Shown here: in pieces, positions 40,011 to 48,697 of the stretch
How the letters are laid out: each line of letters opens with the position of its first letter
Numbering within the stretch: position 1 is the first letter of the stretch
Origin: a virus
DNA: 64,000 nucleotides
Virus record (IMG/VR): IMGVR_UViG_3300025759_000072
Coordinates: 1 to 64,000 of that record
Reading direction: 5' to 3' (one strand)
The notes under the pieces: generated by a model
The model's input: the letters and a program-made list of their open reading frames with translations, nothing else
The model's database searches: none
What the model was told of the DNA's origin: nothing
Program-made: the position numbers and the translations under genes

Positions 40011-40637
40011 CTATATTTTCTCACCATTGTCAATAACTTTTTTCAAGATTTTTCGATATTCAAATTTATCATAGTGTAAAAACTGTCGGTATTTCTGTAT
40101 CTGTTTCTTCTTTTCCTCCCATACTATATCATCAAGTTTCGCATTCCAGTATCGAGTGAAGTGAAGGATATCGTCGAGGATAATCATCGTTTCAATACAT
40201 ATTTTCTTTTGAAGAAAAAGTTTTAACAATTGTGGATGATTATTGTCCTCGACGATTAATAGATCATTTAATGATTTATCATGAAGACGACTAAAGTCGA
40301 CCAAACAATCAACATCACTCCTAAACATATACGAAAGACTCTCTTGTCTTTTTTTGTAGGATACATAATTGTCCTCGCTTTCTTTTGAAATAAGATTGCC
40401 AATCCAATTATCACTCACTAAAAAGTTACTTACGAAAAATTCTACAAGTTCATTCTTATCATATTTCTTTTGTAACTTGCGAAAGAAAAACTTATCATTC
40501 CTCTTGAGAAAAGATTCGACATTCGCACGAATCTTTCCATTATATTTAAAGTAATCATAATCACTGGTAAAATGCTGCTTCAACGCAAGATACGTTTTGT
40601 AAGCATCAAAACCTTCATTCAAATCATATGCCATCAT
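40011..40637 (-). CDS. gp59: Helicase loader gp59
   Basis: YKTYLALKQHFT..YDYFKYNGK..KRNDKFFF; between gp33 and gp32. Confidence 0.9.
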   Translation of the reverse strand: MMAYDLNEGFDAYKTYLALKQHFTSDYDYFKYNGKIRANVESFLKRNDKFFFRKLQKKYDKNELVEFFVSNFLVSDNWIGNLISKESEDNYVSYKKRQESLSYMFRSDVDCLVDFSRLHDKSLNDLLIVEDNNHPQLLKLFLQKKICIETMIILDDILHFTRYWNAKLDDIVWEEKKKQIQKYRQFLHYDKFEYRKILKKVIDNGEKI

Positions 40638-40861
40638 ACTGGTAACTTATTAATCTTTTCTTTCATTAAATTTAGATCACTTGCTTCTGAAGCAATCGTT
40701 TCTTTTATTTTTTGATTTAAAAGTTTAGCAGCAGTTTCGATTTCCATACCTGTCTTATCACAGTAATGAACGATTGCGTCCATATATGGAATATCCAACT
40801 GATAAACCATTTCTTCAATTTCCATTGAAAAATTTTGTCTACTTAACATTATTTCTCCCAT
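40634..40861 (-). CDS. gp33: Late transcription coactivator gp33
   Basis: FSMEIE..YMDAIVHYC..IETAAKLLN..KLPV. Confidence 0.88.
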   Translation of the reverse strand: MGEIMLSRQNFSMEIEEMVYQLDIPYMDAIVHYCDKTGMEIETAAKLLNQKIKETIASEASDLNLMKEKINKLPV

Positions 40862-41346
40862 CTGTAAAATATATGATCTTCAATTTTTGCTGTGCGTGTT
40901 TTAGTTTTAGCCCATGCTGGTGTTACATAGTAAGCATGATAGTGAGTAGCACCATTTGTGATATCAATCGACCACTCCGCAATCAGAACAATAGCAAGTC
41001 TGTATATCTCTCTATAGGTTTCGATATCTCTTATAGTATCTGACTTACCATCACAGTACCAAGAAAACTGACAAAGGTTTCTAACCGGAATCATCTTCGT
41101 TTTGTCTTTCCAAGATTTCTTATGTGGACCCTGCATAACAACTTCACAGATGTTATTTGGAAATCTTGAATCATTAACACGATTCAATGTAACTTGCCCG
41201 ACAGCGACTTGACCCACCACTGGCTGATTTCGAGCCTCATGATAGATATTCAATGCCAGACAAGTTACATTGTCATTATCATCGTATGCTGCAGCGGTTT
41301 GAGAAAAACACAAAGCAACAAATATAGTTACTATCAACCTTTTCAT
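40849..41346 (-). CDS. Cell wall hydrolase, SleB/Hydrolase_2 family
   Basis: CLALNIYHEAR..GQVAV..VTLNRV..CQFSWYCDG..GATHYHA..HIFY; signal peptide; TTGACA-17-TATAAT promoter at 41353-41381 supports start at 41346. Confidence 0.9.
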   Translation of the reverse strand: MKRLIVTIFVALCFSQTAAAYDDNDNVTCLALNIYHEARNQPVVGQVAVGQVTLNRVNDSRFPNNICEVVMQGPHKKSWKDKTKMIPVRNLCQFSWYCDGKSDTIRDIETYREIYRLAIVLIAEWSIDITNGATHYHAYYVTPAWAKTKTRTAKIEDHIFYRWEK

Positions 41347-41381
41347 AAGTTGATTATAAACTGAATAATACAAAATGTCAA

Positions 41382-41531
41382 CTATTTTTTATTAACTATT
41401 TCGAAAAGGGTTTTCACCTTTTCTTGAAGCACTTCAATTGATGTATGCATTTTTGCTAAAACAATGACTAATGTTACAAATCCCACGGCAATCGGCCATA
41501 ACGAAGAGATTACTGTTACAATCTCTTCCAT
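41382..41531 (-). CDS. Small single-TM protein
   Basis: MEEIVTVISSLWPIAVGFVTLVIVLAKMHTSIEVLQEKVKTLFEIVNKK; TATAAATA at 41570-41577 upstream. Confidence 0.55.
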   Translation of the reverse strand: MEEIVTVISSLWPIAVGFVTLVIVLAKMHTSIEVLQEKVKTLFEIVNKK

Positions 41532-41601
41532 TGTTTTATTATACCTCTTATTGTGAATAGAAGTCAATATATTTATAATAAATATACAGAAAGGATAAAA
41601 A

Positions 41602-43797
41602 ATGGCTATTGGCACGATAACGACTCTTGAAGGATCCGCAAAGGTTGAGAAACCAAATGGCGATATTGTCGAGTTATCCGAAGGCGACACAGTTGATTCG
41701 AATGATATAATCATTACAGATGAAAATTCCGGAACAACAATCGAGTTTGTAGATAAATCTACTCTTGTTGTAACTGAAAATGGTAAAATCACATTAGACG
41801 AAATGGTATATGATCCTTCCACTCAGGAAGGAAATTTTGCCATTGATTTAGTGTCTGGTATTTTTGTATACATCAGTGGCGATATTGCTAAAACTGATCC
41901 AAACGCCATGACACTGAATACACCTGTTGCGACGATTGGTATTCGTGGAACGCAACTTGGTGTAAAAATCTTCGAAGGTGAAACAACATTTACACTAATG
42001 GCAGAAGCAGATGGAACAGTTGGTGAACTTATCATTACAGATTTGTTTGGTAATGTGATTGTATTGAATCAAGAAGGTCAAACGGTAAAAGCAACTGCTG
42101 AGGGCGGTCTTGGAGAAATTACAACATTATCTTTTGAAGAGATTGGTGAAATTTTTGATTTACCGTTAGAACATCTTGCAAGATCAGGTTCTTATAATGG
42201 TAATCCGTATGACAATTCATCAGAAAGTAAACAAGATGATGGTAGCGACTTAGCAGATTTTAACACTGAAGCTGGTGGTGATTCTGTTGAAGGTGGAGAT
42301 GTTTTCAGTGAAAACTTTACACAAATTGGATTAGACTCAAATCCAACCGTTGGGATTATTCCACCAACACCATTTTATCAAAACGAAGTTCCAACTTATG
42401 ATAGTAGAACACAGACTGTATCAGTGGATAGAGACAATCGAAGAGATGATCAATCTGTTGTTAATATTGAAACGCCTATTGAGGTTGTAATTCAAACGCC
42501 AGTAAAATTTGAGAAAACAATTGTCTCAACAACAACAACATTTGAGACAACAACCAATACATCACGTGGTGAAGAAACTCTGTTATCAACAATTTATGAA
42601 GATGATGTATCAAGAGAAAATGATTTAGAGAACAATCGTGAAGTAATTACTACTGACCGTCAATACACAGATACGTATAACACATTAGTAACTACAACGA
42701 CATCAATCACACCTGTTTATCTGATTACATACTCAGATGGCACAACTGAAATTGAAGATGGTGAAACCACAATCAATAAACAAGAAACAACTGAAACAAG
42801 AACTGATACAAGAACCGAGCAGATAGTACAATACGAATCGGTTCAAGTTACAACTAACTATGAAACACAGATAACAACCAGTATCATTTCAACAAATACA
42901 AACACGAGTTATATCGACGATACACAAAAAGAAAATGATTTAGAGAATAACATTACGAATGTAGAGGTTACTCGAAACTACACAGATACGATGATAGAAA
43001 CCGTTTCTGAAAAAACTATCACAACACCAGTTTACACCATTTCATATTCAGATGGTACAACTGAAATCGAGTATGGCGAACCTACGATTGAAGAAAATAT
43101 CTACGATAAAGAGCCAGAAGAAACCACACGTTCAGAGATTATCTATACAGGGACAGAAGAACCTAACATCATTACCACATATAATACAGTCACGGAAACA
43201 AATATACTAGACCCTGTGCTTGTTGATAGCGAAGTTAGTTCAGAATTTGATACGAAAAAAGATGGTAGGAATAAACAAGATATAACAACAGAAACGATTA
43301 CGACAGTAGAAACATATAATACAGAAACAGTAACAACCACTACAGAGACACCAGTCTATACGATTGTATATTTCGATGGTACCACAGAAACAGAATTCGG
43401 TGAATCAAATAGTACATCTTCATCGGAGTTTGAAACGAATACTGAAACAACATATTCTACTGGCAGTGTTACATACGAAGATTGGACCATTGGTACTGGT
43501 GCTAATAACGGTTTTGGTAATGGTGACCAAGATGCTCCTGGAAACAGCGGCGACAATAACAATGCAGAGAACAGTACAATGAGTTTATCTGGATTTGGAA
43601 TAGAAGAAGATGAAAGTATCGATCTTTCAAATATCTTAGGTCCAGAACCAGATCCTGTAATCGAAGAGACAAAATCAAATAAAGGTAAGGGTAAAGGTAA
43701 AGTAGAAGAAAATGTAGGAGAAAGTTTAATTTTCTCCGGAGAAAGTTATACCACAACCATATCCGATGATGTTATAACATCATTAGAATACACATAA
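41602..43797 (+). CDS. FecR-domain protein with acidic Thr/Glu-rich repeats
   Basis: IEFVDKSTLVVTENGKITLDEMVYDP..GIFVYISGDIAK..TPVATIGIRGT FecR-type motif; three TPVY.I.Y.DGTTE.E.GE repeats. Confidence 0.75.
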   Translation: MAIGTITTLEGSAKVEKPNGDIVELSEGDTVDSNDIIITDENSGTTIEFVDKSTLVVTENGKITLDEMVYDPSTQEGNFAIDLVSGIFVYISGDIAKTDPNAMTLNTPVATIGIRGTQLGVKIFEGETTFTLMAEADGTVGELIITDLFGNVIVLNQEGQTVKATAEGGLGEITTLSFEEIGEIFDLPLEHLARSGSYNGNPYDNSSESKQDDGSDLADFNTEAGGDSVEGGDVFSENFTQIGLDSNPTVGIIPPTPFYQNEVPTYDSRTQTVSVDRDNRRDDQSVVNIETPIEVVIQTPVKFEKTIVSTTTTFETTTNTSRGEETLLSTIYEDDVSRENDLENNREVITTDRQYTDTYNTLVTTTTSITPVYLITYSDGTTEIEDGETTINKQETTETRTDTRTEQIVQYESVQVTTNYETQITTSIISTNTNTSYIDDTQKENDLENNITNVEVTRNYTDTMIETVSEKTITTPVYTISYSDGTTEIEYGEPTIEENIYDKEPEETTRSEIIYTGTEEPNIITTYNTVTETNILDPVLVDSEVSSEFDTKKDGRNKQDITTETITTVETYNTETVTTTTETPVYTIVYFDGTTETEFGESNSTSSSEFETNTETTYSTGSVTYEDWTIGTGANNGFGNGDQDAPGNSGDNNNAENSTMSLSGFGIEEDESIDLSNILGPEPDPVIEETKSNKGKGKGKVEENVGESLIFSGESYTTTISDDVITSLEYT

Positions 43798-43826
43798 AAA
43801 ATGAGGGGCTAACCGTGACCCCTCGC
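43797..43826. terminator. Probable terminator between convergent genes
   Basis: A-tract plus GAGGGG/CCCCTC stem. Confidence 0.55.
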
Positions 43827-43857
43827 GCACTTATTAAGTAGTGACCCTTAGTATTTA

Positions 43858-44091
43858 TTAGTCTTTCTTATTAATGAACTTCTGAAGACGTTCAGCCTGA
43901 TCGATAATCTCTTCAGGTGAAAACATCTTAGGAACGTACTTGTCAACTTCTTTATAAAGTGACTCGTTCGTTTCCATTGCTTTGGTCATAGTTTCCCATG
44001 CCATTGCTGCTGATTGCTCATATTGACGATCAAGCATATCTTTAGCCATTTTCAATAGGTCAAAACGAATTTCGTATGGGTTCTTAGTCAT
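43858..44091 (-). CDS. Conserved small phage protein
   Basis: MTKNPYEIRFDLLKMAKDML..EIIDQAERLQKF; AAGGAG RBS. Confidence 0.65.
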   Translation of the reverse strand: MTKNPYEIRFDLLKMAKDMLDRQYEQSAAMAWETMTKAMETNESLYKEVDKYVPKMFSPEEIIDQAERLQKFINKKD

Positions 44092-44120
44092 AGTCTTTAC
44101 TCCTTTGTGTGTTGTGTGTG

Positions 44121-44252
44121 TTAATATTTCAATAAACGTTGACGCATTAGTCTTTGGGCATCAGTATGCATACCCTCACGTGCTAAGGCTTCTGCAGCTT
44201 TAGCAGTTCCAATAAGTTCAAAATATTTGATTAGACTTTCGAAAAAGTGCAT
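44121..44252 (-). CDS. 43-aa hypothetical protein
   Basis: MHFFESLIKYFELIGTAKAAEALAREGMHTDAQRLMRQRLLKY*; AGGAG RBS; late promoter 44299-44306. Confidence 0.55.
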   Translation of the reverse strand: MHFFESLIKYFELIGTAKAAEALAREGMHTDAQRLMRQRLLKY

Positions 44253-44304
44253 GGCGGGTCTCCTGTGTGTTGTGTGTAAAGCAATTATTGCTTCGATTTA
44301 TTTA

Positions 44305-44612
44305 TAATGGCAGTTTTTCTGTTTCTAGGAAAACTGCCAAACCCAAGAAAGATTAAGCCGCTAGGCGGTAATCCTCAATGTAATTATCGTTTGCTGCGAC
44401 AATTATAGTGTTTGACCTATTACGCGGTCAGCCGTGTTACTCCAATTCGCTATACACCATCAGTCGATCCTAGCACACCCCCAAAAGCACACCGAGATTC
44501 TTTATACCCAGCCTAGGAAAGGAACCTTTCGGTGCCCGATGTGCTTTTGGTGGAGGTGCGGGGATTTGCACCCCGGTCCTGTCTAGCTTTCGCTCCTCTT
44601 CAACGTAACATA
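44305..44612 (-). ncRNA. ssrA: Circularly permuted (two-piece) tmRNA
   Basis: Minus strand: acceptor piece ending GACCGGGGTGCAAATCCCGCACCTCCACCA (CCA 44550-44548), intervening hairpin, coding piece from GGGGGTG (44482) pairing with CACCTCC including G3-U; tag ORF 44394-44353 ANDNYIEDYRLAA*; 3' hairpin TGGCAGTTTT/AAAACTGCCA. Confidence 0.93.
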
Positions 44613-44879
44613 TTATTTATTATAATTTACTTTTTTATCATTGTCAATAGATTTTTCAGTTTTATCCCATTCAAAGGTATCTCGCATTTCCAACAGACGT
44701 TTCTTATCCTTAGACCTATCGATAATGATGTAGTTGTCTTCCTTGCACTTAATCTCTTTACAGATTACAGGCGAGAGAACAGCACCAGCAAGAGTAGCAA
44801 TGATCGATACAGGCTCAATCGCTTTTGCTGGTTGACTCAGGAAGACCAGCGGCAGCACGAAGAGAAGTCTTTTCTTCAT
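44613..44879 (-). CDS. Hypothetical exported protein
   Basis: Signal-peptide-like MKKRLLFVLPLVFLSQPAKA; GGAGG RBS. Confidence 0.5.
   Translation of the reverse strand: MKKRLLFVLPLVFLSQPAKAIEPVSIIATLAGAVLSPVICKEIKCKEDNYIIIDRSKDKKRLLEMRDTFEWDKTEKSIDNDKKVNYNK
44619..44647 (-). promoter_or_regulatory. Sigma70-type promoter of the tmRNA
   Basis: TTGACA (44647-44642), 17 bp, TATAAT (44624-44619). Confidence 0.8.
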
Positions 44880-45462
44880 CCTTAACCTCCTTTGAAACCT
44901 TGTCTAGTTCTTTCCATGCTTTCTCAGACTGAAACTTAGACTGCATAGCACGAACGGTCATTAGACGATTACGAATGATCTTTGCTGCTTCCTTAGAGTC
45001 GAATGCAAGAAGAACATATGAACTATACTGAATGCCATTAGGAATGACTTCAATCTTACGCTGCTCGTATCCATTGACTTCAGCATCAGAAACAATGTTC
45101 TTCGTCGCCTTTTCTACTTCATTAAGTACAGCAACATCAAAATCATCACCGCCGATCTTAGCAGTGTATGTCTTTGTCTGACTCCGCAATTTAGAATAGA
45201 TACGATCTGCCAGTTGCTCCTTTGCATTCAATCGAGCGATATCGATTGATAACTGTAGATCAGGCATCGTTGCCGTACCAACAGAGAATACCACATCCTT
45301 ATCCTCATGGTTCTCAAGGAACCAACTTGGAATCGAAGATGTAGTTTCCTTGACTTGCTTCTGCTTATACTCAAACATCTCTTTGTTCGCTACCATCTCA
45401 GGTGTGGTAGATGAACACGCAGCCAGAGATAACGCTCCAGCAATCACACAAATATTCTTCAT
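44815..45462 (-). CDS. Lipoprotein (LPP20-like)
   Basis: Lipobox LSLAAC; IPSWF..FSVGTA..DLQLSIDIARLNAK.QLADRI. Confidence 0.7.
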   Translation of the reverse strand: MKNICVIAGALSLAACSSTTPEMVANKEMFEYKQKQVKETTSSIPSWFLENHEDKDVVFSVGTATMPDLQLSIDIARLNAKEQLADRIYSKLRSQTKTYTAKIGGDDFDVAVLNEVEKATKNIVSDAEVNGYEQRKIEVIPNGIQYSSYVLLAFDSKEAAKIIRNRLMTVRAMQSKFQSEKAWKELDKVSKEVKDEEKTSLRAAAGLPESTSKSD

Positions 45463-45593
45463 TTTATAATCCTCCATTCTGTATTTTTAACTCCACAAAA
45501 CTTGTCATATACTTGATCAGTATATGGCATCCATTCAGGCATAGTATATACTAAACCAACACCAATAACAACACCAACAATAACCTTAATCAT
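45459..45593 (-). CDS. 44-aa membrane protein
   Basis: MIKVIVGVVIGVGLVYTMPEW...; fills the gap and overlaps both neighbours. Confidence 0.5.
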   Translation of the reverse strand: MIKVIVGVVIGVGLVYTMPEWMPYTDQVYDKFCGVKNTEWRIIK

Positions 45594-46113
45594 TACAAAC
45601 TTCCTTGTAACCTTTCAGTCTATATCCTTCACCATATTGAACTGTTGCTTCTACTAACTTACATTTTTTATTCAAAACAACTTCCTGAACCTCACCATAC
45701 TTCGGCAATCGATGGGGTAATGGAATCTTGAGTTGATTATCAGTCTTTCCAATCTTTGTATTACACTTCATAGATGTTGTTGATGAAAACATCTCAGGCG
45801 ACACTCGGCGATAGATAGAATCTTTGGCTCTTGTAATAGCCCTATCACACGCCTCGTCTTCAGCCATGGATGTATCAAACACGAACGAAGAAATACCACG
45901 ATGCCATTCACCATCGACCTTGCTGCGAATAATAATAAGGCATTTCTTTGCACCATGAAAGTCAATTACCTTCCGCTTCTCAATATTCGTCTGTTCAATC
46001 TTCTTTACATGAACAGAAGAGACATCGCGGTCATAGTTACATTCACCATACGCTACTGTAGGAATGAGTAACAGAGGCGTAAACTTACTGTATCGAATGA
46101 GAGATTTTAACAT
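45586..46113 (-). CDS. Cys-containing exported hypothetical protein
   Basis: Signal-like LLLIPTVAYG; paired cysteines. Confidence 0.5.
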   Translation of the reverse strand: MLKSLIRYSKFTPLLLIPTVAYGECNYDRDVSSVHVKKIEQTNIEKRKVIDFHGAKKCLIIIRSKVDGEWHRGISSFVFDTSMAEDEACDRAITRAKDSIYRRVSPEMFSSTTSMKCNTKIGKTDNQLKIPLPHRLPKYGEVQEVVLNKKCKLVEATVQYGEGYRLKGYKEVCND

Positions 46114-46501
46114 CGATCTTATCGCTTTCCGGTTTCAACTTAGTTCTTGTTTGATACACTTTACCACCAAGTTCATATGTCACAAGGAATCCTTCAAGCA
46201 CCGTTTGGACTTCTGTGCGGTGTAGAGTCTTACACTCCTCAACATAGATCGTCGCTGTTGGAGCAGTGACTTTCTTGAACATCCTTTGAAAGATATCATC
46301 TGTGTTATAGATTTGGTTCGCACCCTTTGTGATCGGGATTACCTTTCTTATCATATCACATTTTTCATATGGTATCGATACTGTTGTGTTTCGAGTCAAG
46401 GGTTGTGTTTCAATGATCGTGCCAGATAATGTTTCAGCGTTTGCTTGGTCAATCATTAAGATTGATGTGAAAAACATAATGGATGCTAGTTTATTTTTCA
46501 T
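46085..46501 (-). CDS. Exported hypothetical protein (YcfJ-like without glycine zipper)
   Basis: Start reassigned to MKNKLA; IPYEKC...EECKT...GFLVTYELGG. Confidence 0.45.
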   Translation of the reverse strand: MKNKLASIMFFTSILMIDQANAETLSGTIIETQPLTRNTTVSIPYEKCDMIRKVIPITKGANQIYNTDDIFQRMFKKVTAPTATIYVEECKTLHRTEVQTVLEGFLVTYELGGKVYQTRTKLKPESDKIDVKISHSIQ

Positions 46502-46525
46502 AACAAACTCCGAAATCTTGTTTAT

Positions 46526-46592
46526 TATAAATAGTGTTAGTCGCGGAGAGGCAACTCCCACTAACTCTAAACCTGTAAAGGAGGTCCAGCAT
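46526..46592 (+). promoter_or_regulatory. Late promoter plus stem-loop leader of the HNH endonuclease
   Basis: TATAAATA-gt-GTTAGT-cgc-GGAG-aggcaa-CTCC-c-ACTAAC-TCTAA-acctgta-AAGGAG-gtccagcat-ATG. Confidence 0.75.
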
Positions 46593-47120
46593 ATGACTAT
46601 ATATCACAATCACCACATCATTCCTAAACACATAGGTGGTACTGACGACCCATCAAATCTTGTTCGTTTGACTGTAGAAGAACATGCCGAAGCACATCAA
46701 AAACTCTATGAAGAACACGGTCGTTGGCAAGATTATTGCGCATGGAAATCACTCAGTGGTCAAATAACTGATTCTGAACGTAATATACTTCGTTCTAAGA
46801 ACAGAGATACCAGTTACATGCAATCCGAAGAGTATAGTAAGAAAGTATCGGAAGCATGTAAGGGAAGGTCTCCAACTAAAGGTTGTTTTCAAAAAGGACA
46901 CAAACGTTCCAAACAGTCTATTGAAAAACAGAAATCTAAAATAACTGGCAAAAAACGTGGACCTTACAAATACAATCATGAGAAATGTTCAAAAAAAGTT
47001 ACTGTTTATGGTAAAGAATACCCCAGTGTCGCCGCTGCTAAACGGGACACTGGGCACTCCTATTATACTATCATGCGGCTTCAGCCATCTCAATGGCAGT
47101 TTCAAGAGCCTTTGCTTTGA
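46593..47120 (+). mobile_element. Free-standing HNH homing endonuclease (Mob-like)
   Basis: HHIIPKHIGGTDDPSNLVRLTVEEHAEAH; NUMOD-like tail; true start MTIYH at 46593; inverted relative to neighbours. Confidence 0.88.
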
Positions 47121-48018
47121 GTTTGGAGTTATAACCATACCAAGCAGAGGTTAGGCGAGTGTCGTCAGAACGACCCAGAGTGTGGTCGGTCATGTAGGTG
47201 ACGGTATTGAATGCCGCCCAAAAAGTACCAGCACCAAACTCTGCACCAGGCTGAGTGTGAAGAACTTCCATTGCCTCTTTAGAGTTACGAGAGACAGCAT
47301 TTTCCTTGCCCTTCGCATTGGAGGTAACAGGGAAGATACGATTGAAGTACTCAACGATGTTATCGTTAGTGAACCGCTTGGAACCAAGGAACTGAGCAGC
47401 CTCCTTGTAGGTATCCAACTTCTCCTTAGCAACACCGAGTTGTGCTTTCACCTCATCGGCGTCGAAGACACGACGGTGATTGACCTTCACAGCGTAGTTA
47501 GTCACACCCTGAAGAGCCATCGAAAGCGTATTCCAGCAAACGACACGAGTCGGCGTCATCTTCACGTCAATGGTCTGACCATACTTGTGAGGATTAGAGA
47601 ACAGAAGGTACTGTTCAACAACATCGTTCTTAAACACTTCGAAAGCATCATTGACCTTCGCAAGTGCCCATACACGGGAACCATCAGTCAACGCACCAGC
47701 GGTATGCATTTCCATATCGCCAGCAGCAACGAAGTCATTAAAGAAATCGAATGCTTCGGTATTCTGAAGCGGATTCCAGTCTTCGCCGATAACGTCAAAG
47801 AACTTGTCATCGGAAGAACGGTAGAGAGCTTTCTTGCCAGGAACGACGATTTGTTCGCCATCAGAACCAGTAACGGTCATGTCACGAACTTCGACTTCCC
47901 AGTCAAGACCAGCCTTTTCGAGCATCTGCTCTGGAGTCAGATCAGAACTGACCGGAACACCAAGACCGTGCCACGGAACTTCACCTGCGTATGCCATTGT
48001 TTCAACTGCTGCAACCAT
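47071..48018 (-). CDS. DUF932 (LGT_TIGR03299-type) protein
   Basis: VPWHGLG..AGLDWEV..LQNTEAFDFF..TAGAL..TPTRVVCWNTL. Confidence 0.88.
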   Translation of the reverse strand: MVAAVETMAYAGEVPWHGLGVPVSSDLTPEQMLEKAGLDWEVEVRDMTVTGSDGEQIVVPGKKALYRSSDDKFFDVIGEDWNPLQNTEAFDFFNDFVAAGDMEMHTAGALTDGSRVWALAKVNDAFEVFKNDVVEQYLLFSNPHKYGQTIDVKMTPTRVVCWNTLSMALQGVTNYAVKVNHRRVFDADEVKAQLGVAKEKLDTYKEAAQFLGSKRFTNDNIVEYFNRIFPVTSNAKGKENAVSRNSKEAMEVLHTQPGAEFGAGTFWAAFNTVTYMTDHTLGRSDDTRLTSAWYGYNSKLKAKALETAIEMAEAA

Positions 48019-48108
48019 AATATATCTCCTGTTAGGTTGTTTCACTCAATCAATATAATAACTATAACTTATTTTGATAAAAAAGTCAATAGTTATTTTT
48101 AAAAAAGA

Positions 48109-48447
48109 TTAAGCGCCAGTCCAACTGGCGCTATAAGTTTCGTCAAAGATGTTGCCACGAGCAAAGTTCCGAGCAGGAGTTTTCCAACTTGCGGCTTTCA
48201 GAATGTCGCCAAAAGCAAACTTTGGGTCATCGTGGGTGTTCACAATGAACGAGTGAACAGAACCTTTCTGAACAACCTTGACATATTTGCTACCCATCTT
48301 GAATGACAGACTTTCTGTAAAGTCGGCAATCATGCGTTCTTTCGTTTCAATCTTGCCAAACTTGCCACGATTCATCCATTCTGTGTAGTCAGTATAAATG
48401 TGGTCAAGATAACGACGAAGTGAGGTTTTGATTTCAGTGTTGCTCAT
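48109..48447 (-). CDS. Conserved early hypothetical protein
   Basis: GSKYVKVV..SVHSFIV..GDILKAASWKTPARNFARGNIF; start MSNTE with GGAG RBS behind a promoter repeat. Confidence 0.7.
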   Translation of the reverse strand: MSNTEIKTSLRRYLDHIYTDYTEWMNRGKFGKIETKERMIADFTESLSFKMGSKYVKVVQKGSVHSFIVNTHDDPKFAFGDILKAASWKTPARNFARGNIFDETYSASWTGA

Positions 48448-48505
48448 TTGAGTCTCCGTTTGTTTTCTCATCATATATACATTATATCTTGTTTTTAAAA
48501 ATAAG

Positions 48506-48694
48506 TCAACCCCTAAAATCACTTTTTTCAATAAAATGTATTTTATATGGAAAGTCTTCGCCGAACCGCCATTTAGCAAGTTCTCGTGCGATTCGTGTAT
48601 TTGGCGCACGGACCACCATCGTCTGATCTTTGCGGTTGGCAAAGTCATATCCAATCGTGTAGAGATCGTAGTCTTCGAACGTGTAGGTGCTCAT
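48506..48694 (-). CDS. Hypothetical protein
   Basis: 62-aa ORF with GGAGG RBS. Confidence 0.5.
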   Translation of the reverse strand: MSTYTFEDYDLYTIGYDFANRKDQTMVVRAPNTRIARELAKWRFGEDFPYKIHFIEKSDFRG

Positions 48695-48697
48695 TAC

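Noticed and set aside
41532-41822. N-terminal extension of the 41382-41822 ORF
   Set aside because: Overlaps the FecR gene antisense and crosses the promoter region; the likely start is 41531.
44548-44590. tRNA gene
   Set aside because: T-arm and CCA are present but there is no anticodon arm; it is the tmRNA acceptor piece.
44532-44885. 117-aa plus-strand ORF
   Set aside because: Antisense shadow of the tmRNA and the 44613-44879 gene.
47182-48102. 306-aa plus-strand ORF
   Set aside because: Antisense to the well-supported DUF932 gene; no recognisable motif.
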